In this document: positions 37,578 to 45,003 of the stretch, piece after piece
How positions within the stretch are numbered: the first letter of the stretch is position 1
Layout of the letters: every line of letters begins with the position of its first letter
DNA from: an uncultured archaeon
GTDB lineage: Archaea; Aenigmatarchaeota; Aenigmatarchaeia; CG10238-14; CAZWBF01
Length of the DNA stretch: 45,003 nucleotides
Assembly (NCBI GenBank): GCA_964632185.1
Contig: CAZWBF010000002.1
Span: forward strand, 1-45,003
Reading direction: 5' to 3'
Program-made: the position numbers and the translations under genes
The notes under the pieces: model-generated
Database searches by the model: none
Told to the model about the DNA's origin: nothing
What the model saw: the letters and a program-made list of their open reading frames with translations, nothing else

Positions 37578-37861
37578 TAAACCACCTTTAAATGCTCTGG
37601 TCTTGCAATTATTTTTTTAACAGTACCACCATCTTCTATTTTAATTATAAAACTTTTACCTCTTTTGCCTATTATTTCTCCAACTTTTCCAACATATCTT
37701 GGATGAGGCACACCTTTTTGACTACTTGCCTCTATATCAATAACTACTTTTTGTCCTATATCAAATTCTTGCAAAAATTTAGTAATTGGAGGTCTATATC
37801 CAGCTATTTGTTTCAATTTTTTTCTTGTTCTTGAGCGAAAACCTCTAGATCTTTTGACCAT
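37577..37861 (-). CDS. rpl21e: 50S ribosomal protein L21e
   Basis: 94 aa with MVKRSRGFRSRTRKKL...VPHPRYVGKVGEIIGKRGKSF (SH3-like L21e core). Confidence 0.9.
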   Translation of the reverse strand: MVKRSRGFRSRTRKKLKQIAGYRPPITKFLQEFDIGQKVVIDIEASSQKGVPHPRYVGKVGEIIGKRGKSFIIKIEDGGTVKKIIARPEHLKVV

Positions 37862-37895
37862 AATTTATTTTAGTAGTTATGTTTATAAAAGAATT

Positions 37896-39158
37896 TTAAC
37901 CGTGGATTTTAATTACATCCAACAAAATCTTTTTAGGTTTATTTTCCAAAATTTCAGCTAGATTTGGTTTTGTTCTGCCATTATCTCCAGTTATTAGCTC
38001 TTTTATATAAAGTCCAGCCTGTGCTCTTATTTTCAACTCTAATTTTTTAGCTGATATTAACTTCCATCTAATACTCTTCACTAATCTTTTTCTAGTTTTT
38101 GCTGCTCTTCTATGCAAAACCCTAAGAGGTGTTTTTTGCTCTATAACAGTTTTTAATTTTTTAATTTCCTTCAGCTTCTTTTCATCAATTTTTTTAGAAA
38201 AAGTTACAACAACTAAATAAGTTTTATCATTTCTTTGACTTTTTATTTGCTTTACAAGAGAATGATCTACAAATTTAAAAGATGAAACCTTTATCTTTTT
38301 TGATTTATTTATTTCTCTTCTTATTTTTGCTAAATTAATTTTTCTTTTTAAAGGTTTAACTAACTCTATTACAAATGGTCTATAATCCAAGCAACGAGCA
38401 TCTATATCCTCCCTACCACTTGCATGAAACTTTGATTTTTTTGCTTTTGTTTCTTTCAACAAAGGTTTTTCAATTATTTCCTGCACAGAAGTTGGATAGA
38501 GCTTACCTTTACCTTTACATTTTAAACAACCTTTCCCTTTACAATATCGACAAATCCATTTTGATTGTGGAATATTTCTTACTAGCTTTTTATATTTTCC
38601 GAAAATGAACAAGCTTTTAATTTGAACTGAAATCCTATCATTTTCTAAATCAAGCAAAATCGTTATATCTGGATTTTGAGGGTCAAACTTTTTCTTCAAT
38701 TTTTTTTCAATAATTTTTCCAACTTCCCTATTAATTTCTTCTTTTATTCTTTCAACAAACTCTATCCCAATTTTTTCAAAAATTTCCTCTTCAGCTTTTA
38801 TCATCTCTTCCTTAGGTCTACAACCAACTAAAAAAGAATCAAACTCAAATTTTTCTATTCTAGAAATTATCTTTTTAGCATATTTTTCTAAATCTTTTTC
38901 GAAAAAGTTTTTGCAAACAAAACATTTCTTTTTGTTAGCACTAAATTTAAAATTTCGGAATTCAATTTCATAAAAATTGGAATAATCTACATCAAACTTT
39001 TCTCCGCTATCAATCAGAAAAGCTATCATATAACGAAAGATTTTCCCCCTTTCCTTATTGTTTAAACCATGTAAAAGCTGACCTCCAATAATTCTTCCTA
39101 AGCAATTATCACAAATTGGGTATTTAAGAATTTCCATTAAATTTTTTACCAATCTCAT
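37896..39158 (-). CDS. pus10: tRNA pseudouridine(54/55) synthase Pus10
   Basis: 420 aa with an N-terminal Zn site CDNCLGR...C, a second cluster CRYCKGKGCLKCKGKG, and the C-terminal catalytic region GREDIDARCL...RVLHRR...GLYIKELITGDNGRTKPNL. Confidence 0.85.
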   Translation of the reverse strand: MRLVKNLMEILKYPICDNCLGRIIGGQLLHGLNNKERGKIFRYMIAFLIDSGEKFDVDYSNFYEIEFRNFKFSANKKKCFVCKNFFEKDLEKYAKKIISRIEKFEFDSFLVGCRPKEEMIKAEEEIFEKIGIEFVERIKEEINREVGKIIEKKLKKKFDPQNPDITILLDLENDRISVQIKSLFIFGKYKKLVRNIPQSKWICRYCKGKGCLKCKGKGKLYPTSVQEIIEKPLLKETKAKKSKFHASGREDIDARCLDYRPFVIELVKPLKRKINLAKIRREINKSKKIKVSSFKFVDHSLVKQIKSQRNDKTYLVVVTFSKKIDEKKLKEIKKLKTVIEQKTPLRVLHRRAAKTRKRLVKSIRWKLISAKKLELKIRAQAGLYIKELITGDNGRTKPNLAEILENKPKKILLDVIKIHG

Positions 39159-39244
39159 AACTAATCCTAAATAAAAAATAAGAATTTCAAAATATATTTT
39201 AAATCTGAGAAAAAGTTTTTAATATTTAACTTTAAAAATAAAAA

Positions 39245-39468
39245 TAGCTATGGTAGCATCGAGCCGCCTATATTGTCTTGTTCTTGTAAAGAGCTACCTA
39301 GCTAAGCCTTTAACATTTATCAGATACTAATTTGGGATGATCCCGTTATAAAAGGTTTGTTTTGTGGGGGACCTGTGGTTTTTCTTTTTGCCAAGATAAA
39401 AGGGAATGAGTCAAGGTCTAACCCCACGGAGGTATTCCGATTTTAATAAGATTTGGACCCTCTGACTC
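39245..39468 (+). ncRNA. candidate structured non-coding RNA of unknown class (a divergent SRP RNA was considered but not confirmed)
   Basis: The only relatively GC-enriched, non-coding stretch in a 317-nt gap. Successive long helices can be drawn by hand (39245-57/39293-304; 39305-14/39345-57; 39364-74/39414-27 with upper stem 39380-88/39398-406). Three G.U pairs become C.A on the other strand, which favours a plus-strand transcript. Confidence 0.3.
39260..39272. repeat. GC-rich 13-mer CGAGCCGCCTATA, copy 2 (inside the loop of the first helix of the 39245-39468 element)
   Basis: Exact match to 20386-20398. Confidence 0.6.
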
Positions 39469-39475
39469 ACCTAGA

Positions 39476-40786
39476 TTAAAGCTTAAATCCAAATTGTTTA
39501 GCTAAATCCATAATTTTTCCTCTTTTCAAATTAGAAAGATTAAATCTTTTTAAAAGCTTTTTCATTTGATTATATTGAGTTAAAAGTTCTCTAACATCTT
39601 TTTCACTTCTTCCACTTCCCTTTGCAATTCTTCTTATTCTACTTGCATTTATTATTTCTGGATTTCTTCTCTCTTCCTTTGTCATGCTTTGAATTATCGA
39701 TTTAAAAACTTTTATTTTTCTTTCCTGTTCTTCTAAAACTTCTTTTGGAATTCTTGTCGATAATCCTGGAATTAAACTAACAATTTTGTCTAAAGAACCA
39801 ACTTTGCTTAAATTCTCAAACTGCTCAATAAAATCTTCTAAGGTAAATTCACCCTCAACTATTTTTTCAGCCTTTTCCTTAGTTATTCCAGCCTCTCTAA
39901 CTTTTTCCAGTAAAGTTTCTAAATCGCCTAGTCCAAGCAAGCGAGAAACAAATCTTTTAGGGTCATAAAATTCAAAATCTTCCAATTTTTCTCCAGTCCC
40001 AATAAATTTTACTTTTGAGCCAGTAGCATAACAAGCTGCTAAAGCAGCCCCTCCTTTAGCTGTTCCATCCATCCTTGTAATTATTACTCCAGTAATTCCA
40101 ACAAGCTTATTAAATTCTTTTGCTTGCTTCCCAGCAATCTTTCCTATATCAGCTGGTATAACTAACAAAACTTCATCTGGTTTTATAATTTTTCCAAGTT
40201 CTTTAAGCTCTTTACTTAACTCTTTGTCCAAAGCATCTCTTCCTGCTGTGTCAAAGATTAGAGAATCATATTTCTCTTCTTTCAAAACTTTTTCAGCTAA
40301 TTCAAACGGATTTTTATTTTCACTAACAAAAACTTTTGCTCCAATTTTTTGCCCTAGTTCAATTAATTGTTCTGGAGCCGCAGCTCTATGATAATCTAAG
40401 CAGACTAGAGCTGGTTTTAAACCTTGTTTTTGCAAGAATCTAGCTATTTTTGCACATGTCGTAGTTTTACCACTACCAAACAAACCAATCAACATTATTC
40501 TCTTCTTTCCAAGCAAAGAAGCTTTTTCTCTTCCTAAAAAATTCACAAGTTCTTCATAAATCGTTTTCAAAACAAACTCTCTAAGAGTTAAACCTTTTGG
40601 TACTTTTTCTTTCAAGCATTTTTTCCTTATATTTTCAATAAAGCTATTTGCCAATGGAATTTCAACATCGTTTTGAATTAAAATAAGTTTTAGCTCTTCT
40701 AGAATATCGTTTAAAAATTTTTCATCTATAACTGCTTTACCTGTAAGCTTTGCAATTAGGTTTGAAAGTCCTTTGAAGATGAGCAT
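39476..40786 (-). CDS. srp54: signal recognition particle protein SRP54
   Basis: 436 aa with an N domain, G domain GLFGSGKTTT, DTAGR, TRMDG and a C-terminal M domain. Confidence 0.95.
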   Translation of the reverse strand: MLIFKGLSNLIAKLTGKAVIDEKFLNDILEELKLILIQNDVEIPLANSFIENIRKKCLKEKVPKGLTLREFVLKTIYEELVNFLGREKASLLGKKRIMLIGLFGSGKTTTCAKIARFLQKQGLKPALVCLDYHRAAAPEQLIELGQKIGAKVFVSENKNPFELAEKVLKEEKYDSLIFDTAGRDALDKELSKELKELGKIIKPDEVLLVIPADIGKIAGKQAKEFNKLVGITGVIITRMDGTAKGGAALAACYATGSKVKFIGTGEKLEDFEFYDPKRFVSRLLGLGDLETLLEKVREAGITKEKAEKIVEGEFTLEDFIEQFENLSKVGSLDKIVSLIPGLSTRIPKEVLEEQERKIKVFKSIIQSMTKEERRNPEIINASRIRRIAKGSGRSEKDVRELLTQYNQMKKLLKRFNLSNLKRGKIMDLAKQFGFKL

Positions 40787-40800
40787 AATTATTAATTAAT

Positions 40801-41817
40801 TTAAATTTTTAAATCTCCGATTAAATTCTCAATAAATCTTTGGCTATCAAATTCTTCAATATCATCAAAATTTTGACCTTTACCTAAAAACAAAATTGGT
40901 TTCTTGAATTTATAACAAACACTTAAAATATTTCCACCTTTTTCATTAACATCAACTTTTGTAAAAACTACAGCGTCTATTCCAACAGCTTCATCAAAAA
41001 ATTCGAACTGATTAATAACATCATTTCCACTTAGAGAATCCAAAACTAATATTTTTAAATCTGGTTTATTTACCCTTACAATTTTTTGCAACTCATCTAG
41101 CAAATCTCTTTTTGTATGAATTCTTCCACTAGTATCCGCTAATACTATATCATATTTTCTTGATTCAGCAGCTTTCCTCGCATCAAAAATAACAGCAGCA
41201 GGATCAGCACCTCTTTTATGTTTTATTACTGGTAAATTCAAAGCACTTGCATATTTTTCAAGCTGAATATCTCCAGCTGCTCTAAATGTATCACCAGCAG
41301 CCAAAATAACTCTATATCCTTTTTTGCTCAAGAAATTGGCAAATTTTGCAATACTTAAGCTTTTTCCAACACCGTTTATTCCAAAGAAAATAAATGTAGC
41401 TGCTCTATCTTCATTTTTTGCTTTGGAAATTATTTTCTCTAAATCTATTGAAGGAATATTTAAAATTTCAATTAAACTTTCTTTTAAACTTTTTATTATT
41501 TTTTCTTTAAACTTCTTACGTTCTATTTCTTTCTCGACTAAACTTTTAATTAAATCGTCTCCAATTTTATTAGCAACTTCTAAAGAAGCATCGGCCTCTA
41601 TCAAATTAATTTTAAATTCAGAAATGATTGGCTCTATATCTTCCTTCTTCAATTTCTTGACTTTAATCTTCTTTATTATCTTTTTTAAAAGACCTTTCTT
41701 TTTTTTAACTTTTTCTTCTACTTTTTTCTTCTTCTCTTCAATTTTCTCTTTTTCTTCCCCTTTCCTAGCTATTTTTTGAACTGCACTCAAAATTCTTTTT
41801 TTAAGTTTTTCGAACAT
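40801..41817 (-). CDS. ftsY: SRP receptor FtsY
   Basis: K/E-rich N-terminal region, then the NG domain with GINGVGKS, DTSGR and TKVDV. The start is ambiguous (TTG 41847, ATG 41832 or ATG 41817), and every option overlaps the end of pfdA. Confidence 0.9.
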   Translation of the reverse strand: MFEKLKKRILSAVQKIARKGEEKEKIEEKKKKVEEKVKKKKGLLKKIIKKIKVKKLKKEDIEPIISEFKINLIEADASLEVANKIGDDLIKSLVEKEIERKKFKEKIIKSLKESLIEILNIPSIDLEKIISKAKNEDRAATFIFFGINGVGKSLSIAKFANFLSKKGYRVILAAGDTFRAAGDIQLEKYASALNLPVIKHKRGADPAAVIFDARKAAESRKYDIVLADTSGRIHTKRDLLDELQKIVRVNKPDLKILVLDSLSGNDVINQFEFFDEAVGIDAVVFTKVDVNEKGGNILSVCYKFKKPILFLGKGQNFDDIEEFDSQRFIENLIGDLKI

Positions 41818-42223
41818 TTTTGATCGACTCATTAATTTCTGAAGCAAGTTGATTTAAAATATTTGATGAAAAATTAATTTCATTTTGAATTTCATTTAAA
41901 ACTTTTTGAAAATTATTTTTTCTTTTTTCCAAAATTTTTATACTTTCGTCTAAATTCTTTTCTAAAAGAATTCCTGCACCGATTTCAACTAAAAACTTAT
42001 CTTCCTCTGAAAAATTTCCAAAGGCATGAACACCAGAGCCAAGAGAAAAAATTACATTTCCTTTTTTAAGGTCTTTCAAGCTTTGGATTGAAGTATTTAT
42101 TTCTGAGATTTTTGTTAAAATCATAGCTTGCTGTTTACTTAAACTATCCAAACGATTCTGTAAATATTGATAGGTTACAATCTTTTTCTCAAGTTCTTTC
42201 TCTTCCATACTTAATTTTTTCAA
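41801..42223 (-). CDS. pfdA: prefoldin alpha subunit
   Basis: 140 aa with coiled coil, central beta hairpins (VIFSLGSGVHAFGNF...FLVEIGAGILLE), then coiled coil. It sits in the conserved position upstream of ftsY. Confidence 0.8.
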   Translation of the reverse strand: MKKLSMEEKELEKKIVTYQYLQNRLDSLSKQQAMILTKISEINTSIQSLKDLKKGNVIFSLGSGVHAFGNFSEEDKFLVEIGAGILLEKNLDESIKILEKRKNNFQKVLNEIQNEINFSSNILNQLASEINESIKNVRKT

Positions 42224-42242
42224 TAAAAGAAAATTAATATTT

Positions 42243-43187
42243 ATGAGAAAAGGCCTTATTTTAGCTGTTTTACTAGTAGCTATAATAATTCATTTTGTAA
42301 AGGCCCAGACAGAATTAGAGGCAGGAGAAATTTCTCTCCAAATAACACCTATAGTCTTAGAAAATGTATCAGATTATACAAAAACACCAAAATTAATTGG
42401 ACTTTTTGGTAATCAGAGCTACTTAATGATTAGTTGGAATGCATATTATTATGGGGGAGTGGAGAATGATATTGCAGTACTTTGTTACCTTAACTGTTTT
42501 AATCTAACCAATGAAGACTTAACTTCTTCTTGCAACGGAATCCAAAACTGTAGTTATATTGGTTTGCCAGGAATAAGGAGCTGCACAATTTTAAATCCTA
42601 ACTACTTATATAACCAAACCAACACTGTTGCTTGCAAATTCTATAATCCTTATTCCGACATAGTATATAATTCCTCAGAAGGAAAGCCATATATTGCAAG
42701 AAATTTTAGCGTAATTAATTATACAATGAAAATCTCTACTGTAAAAGTAACTGTTGGTGAAGAATTTTCATTTCCAATTAAAATTACAAATTATGGTTTG
42801 TTAGAAAGTGTTTATGAGGTAAACCTTACTCCACTTACTTCAAATGTAAATGTGAAAGATGGATATACAACTACTGATAGTATAACTTATGGAGAAACTA
42901 CAACAACTTATCCAAAGATTTTGTTTTTAGTTGCACAGAATGCTAATTTTAAACTTCGATCTAGATCTTTTGAAGATAGGTTTTATTGCTTGTCAAATAA
43001 TGATTGTTCTTATTTAAATGAGTACAGTACAAACGGTATCTGTATAGAAAATTCTTGTTACAAGGAAAGAACTTTCCAAATCGAAGCAGGAAAAATGGCT
43101 TTGCCAGATTTTAGTTTTTACCAGGTATTAGTTTTATTACCTCTCTTTGTAGCTACTTATATTTTTATATCTAAAGGTAAAAAATAA
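42243..43187 (+). CDS. secreted Cys-rich, N-glycosylation-sequon-rich surface protein with a C-terminal TM anchor
   Basis: Signal peptide MRKGLILAVLLVAIIIHFVKA, 10 Cys, at least 9 N-x-S/T sequons (NVS, NQS, NLT, NCS, NQT, NSS, NFS, NYT, NLT), and a C-terminal helix VLVLLPLFVATYIFI followed by KGKK. Confidence 0.5.
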   Translation: MRKGLILAVLLVAIIIHFVKAQTELEAGEISLQITPIVLENVSDYTKTPKLIGLFGNQSYLMISWNAYYYGGVENDIAVLCYLNCFNLTNEDLTSSCNGIQNCSYIGLPGIRSCTILNPNYLYNQTNTVACKFYNPYSDIVYNSSEGKPYIARNFSVINYTMKISTVKVTVGEEFSFPIKITNYGLLESVYEVNLTPLTSNVNVKDGYTTTDSITYGETTTTYPKILFLVAQNANFKLRSRSFEDRFYCLSNNDCSYLNEYSTNGICIENSCYKERTFQIEAGKMALPDFSFYQVLVLLPLFVATYIFISKGKK

Positions 43188-43194
43188 AAAATAC

Positions 43195-43265
43195 GGGTCC
43201 GTAGTCTAACGGCAGGACGCGACCCTTACGAGGTCGAGATCCCGGTTCAATTCCGGGCGGACCCA
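43195..43265 (+). tRNA. tRNA-Val (UAC), intron-less, no encoded CCA
   Basis: GGGTCCG TA GTCT AACGGCA GGAC G CGACC CTTACGA GGTCG AGAT CCCGG TTCAATT CCGGG CGGACCC A. Confidence 0.9.
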
Positions 43266-43266
43266 T

Positions 43267-44307
43267 TTAAGAATGAATTTCAACTATATCTTTATCTGCT
43301 AAAATATGTTCTAATCCAACTTTTGCAAAATTGTGTTTAACAGATTTTCCCCAAACTTTTGCAAATCTAAAATTTTTGAGTAAATCTTCTCTATGCAATT
43401 TTTTTATTAAATTTTTAACTGTTGAATTTAAAGGTAGAGTTACTGGTCTTTCCTCTGGTTTAGCTTTATTTATTGGTTTTACATAAACTCTTACCAGTTT
43501 TACCAATTTCCATATTTTTTCTTTTATTTTTTCAGGTTCGAGCTCTTTAACTTTTGTAACTATAAAAATTGCATTTTTATAAACTAAAGATCTATCTAGA
43601 GAATCCATGACATCATCTATGCTAACTTCTTCCTGCAAAACTAGCAAGCAATTTCTATAACCAGAAACTTGCAAAATTTCTCTAACCTCTTCTATACTTC
43701 CTTTCAAAAAATTTTTTCCTCTTATTTCAATTCCATTACTTCTCTTTTCAATTTTTATTTTCTTCGGCTTCTCATTTATCTTAATTTTATTTCTCCTCAT
43801 TATCTCCAAAAGCTTTTCCATCTGCTTTTTCTCATCTTTAGTTCCATCTATTAGAAAAACTATTCCGTCACAATTTCTCACAATATTCATAACATCTTTA
43901 TCAAATGTTGATGGTATTTCAACTAATTGAATCTGAACGTCTTCATAATTCATCATTCCAACTTTTGGTTCTGTTGTTGTAAAAGGGTGAGAAGCAATTT
44001 CTACCTTTGCATTAGTTAAAGATTTTAAAATAGTGCTCTTTCCAGAATTAGTAAAGCCAACTAAACATACTTGAGCAGCTCCTTCTTTTTTAATAACAAA
44101 TTTTGGTTTGGCTGTTACTTTAACTTCTTTTTGTGCTCTTAATTTTGCAAGTCTTTTTCTTAAATCGCGAAGTAAATTTTCGCTTCCTTTATGTTTTGGT
44201 AATAATCTTATCATTTCTTCCAACGCTTTAATTTTTTCTTCTCTAGTTTTAGCGGATCTAAACTTTTCTTCTGCTTTAAAATATTCTATTGGAGCATTGA
44301 CTGGCAT
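43267..44307 (-). CDS. DRG/Obg-family GTPase with C-terminal TGS domain
   Basis: 346 aa with G1 GFTNSGKST, G2 FTTTEP and G3 EIPS..; the C-terminal ...VWGKSVKH..KVGLEHILADKDIVEI resembles a TGS fold. Confidence 0.85.
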   Translation of the reverse strand: MPVNAPIEYFKAEEKFRSAKTREEKIKALEEMIRLLPKHKGSENLLRDLRKRLAKLRAQKEVKVTAKPKFVIKKEGAAQVCLVGFTNSGKSTILKSLTNAKVEIASHPFTTTEPKVGMMNYEDVQIQLVEIPSTFDKDVMNIVRNCDGIVFLIDGTKDEKKQMEKLLEIMRRNKIKINEKPKKIKIEKRSNGIEIRGKNFLKGSIEEVREILQVSGYRNCLLVLQEEVSIDDVMDSLDRSLVYKNAIFIVTKVKELEPEKIKEKIWKLVKLVRVYVKPINKAKPEERPVTLPLNSTVKNLIKKLHREDLLKNFRFAKVWGKSVKHNFAKVGLEHILADKDIVEIHS

Positions 44308-44344
44308 GATTAAAATTTATCTTAGAAATCAAAAACTATTAATT

Positions 44345-44845
44345 TTATATTAAACTAATAATTTCTTTTGGTAAATTTTCCCTATTTTCTAAAGTAACTT
44401 CTATAACTTTTCCATATCTCTTAAATCTTTCAACAAAATTTCTATGCAACACAGCAATTATCATTTTTTTAGATTCTAAAATTTCTTCTAATTTTTGCTT
44501 AAATCTTTCGCTAAAAAATTCCATTTTACCAATCTCATCTATACCTATAACTTCACAATTTTCCGAAGCAAAATTTAGTGCCGGAATCGCAATTTTTTCA
44601 AAACTTTCTAGATCAATAAAATATTTCCCAAATCTAATTTTTGTTTTATACTTAACTGTTGCCAAAATTCCTCTTTTACCAGAAAATAAATCAATAACTT
44701 CAAAACCTATTCTTTTCCCATTTTCTCTTATTTCTGGAGTGACTATTCCTCCAACTTTTAATCCTCTTTGTTTAAGTTCATCAATAATTCTTTTAAATAC
44801 AGTCGATTTTCCTATTCCTGGTCTACCTGTTAAAAAAATTTTCAT
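44345..44845 (-). CDS. nucleoside-triphosphatase, THEP1/COG1618-like P-loop NTPase
   Basis: Counted from the ATG at 44845: MKIFLTGRPGIGKSTVF (Walker A) and IGIDEIGKME (Walker B). The 50 extra N-terminal codons in the track ORF are the antisense of a tRNA gene. Confidence 0.8.
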   Translation of the reverse strand: MKIFLTGRPGIGKSTVFKRIIDELKQRGLKVGGIVTPEIRENGKRIGFEVIDLFSGKRGILATVKYKTKIRFGKYFIDLESFEKIAIPALNFASENCEVIGIDEIGKMEFFSERFKQKLEEILESKKMIIAVLHRNFVERFKRYGKVIEVTLENRENLPKEIISLI

Positions 44846-44913
44846 AATTAAAGTTTGGGTATCATAAGTTAAAATTAAAATTTCAATCAATATTATCTTG
44901 TTGCTTAATTTAA

Positions 44914-45003
44914 TAGCGGGGGCAGGATTTGAACCTGCGTCCTCCGGGTGTCTTAGCCTGGAGCTTATGATTCCGGATACTTGCCCGGCGAGCAATCTGT
45001 TAT
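44914..45003 (-). tRNA. partial tRNA with a CAU anticodon, initiator-like, carrying 28 extra nt in the anticodon region; the 5' end lies outside the window
   Basis: Minus strand: ...GCTC G CCGGG [35 nt containing TCATAA] CCCGG AGGAC GCAGG TTCAAAT CCTGC CCCCGCT A. The 3' acceptor CCCCGCU-A implies A1:U72, and the anticodon stem has three G:C pairs next to the loop. Both are hallmarks of archaeal initiator tRNA. Confidence 0.6.

Noticed and set aside
39245-39470. Firm annotation of this element as SRP (7S) RNA
   Set aside because: The location beside srp54/ftsY is suggestive. However, I could not find the universal helix-8 GNAR-tetraloop/AGCA signature or a long helix-5 topology on either strand. 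It is kept only as an unclassified ncRNA candidate.
41324-41779. 151-aa plus-strand ORF inside ftsY
   Set aside because: It is the antisense of the K/E-rich N-terminal region of FtsY. The poly-F/S/I translation is not credible as a protein.
44846-44995. 50-codon N-terminal extension of the NTPase ORF (MLAGQVSGIISSRLRHPEDAGSNPAPAIK...)
   Set aside because: This stretch is co-linear with the tRNA(CAU) gene on the same strand. The Walker-A N-terminus MKIFLTGRPGIGKS at the ATG at 44845 is the natural start.
1-45003. CRISPR arrays, IS elements or transposases, integrases, toxin-antitoxin pairs
   Set aside because: No regularly spaced direct repeats, terminal inverted repeats or matching protein motifs were seen anywhere in the window.

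Overview
Strongly AT-rich archaeal DNA with small genes, tight spacing and heavy use of GGAGG/GGTGA Shine-Dalgarno sites, consistent with a reduced, DPANN-like genome (inference). Almost all of the window is information-processing core. It holds a thermosome, Orc1/Cdc6, and the cluster rpoB''-(rpoB'+rpoA')-rpoA''-L30e-NusA-S12-[extra ORF]-S7-EF2-EF1alpha. It also holds DNA ligase, ThrRS, tRNA-maturation genes (CCA-adding enzyme, RNase Z, Pus10), L21e-RpoF-DUF655, SRP54-FtsY-prefoldin alpha, a DRG GTPase, seven tRNA genes and an orphan 5S rRNA. No CRISPR array, transposon or recognisable defence island was seen. The most unusual observations are: (1) RNAP subunits B' and A' form one uninterrupted 1448-codon frame, with no stop codon and no SD before the A' Met. 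(2) A 114-codon ORF with a possible winged-helix fold sits between rps12 and rps7. (3) Four of seven tRNA genes carry intervening sequences: Ile-UAU, Asp at a non-canonical site, Tyr with 61 nt, and an initiator-like CAU tRNA with 28 extra nt. (4) A free-standing LAGLIDADG gene next to the 5S rRNA is split by an in-frame TAG. (5) A roughly 225-nt highly structured intergenic element lies between pus10 and srp54, and it shares an exact GC-rich 13-mer with the rpoB upstream region. All calls come from reading the sequence and the ORF translations. No database search was run.
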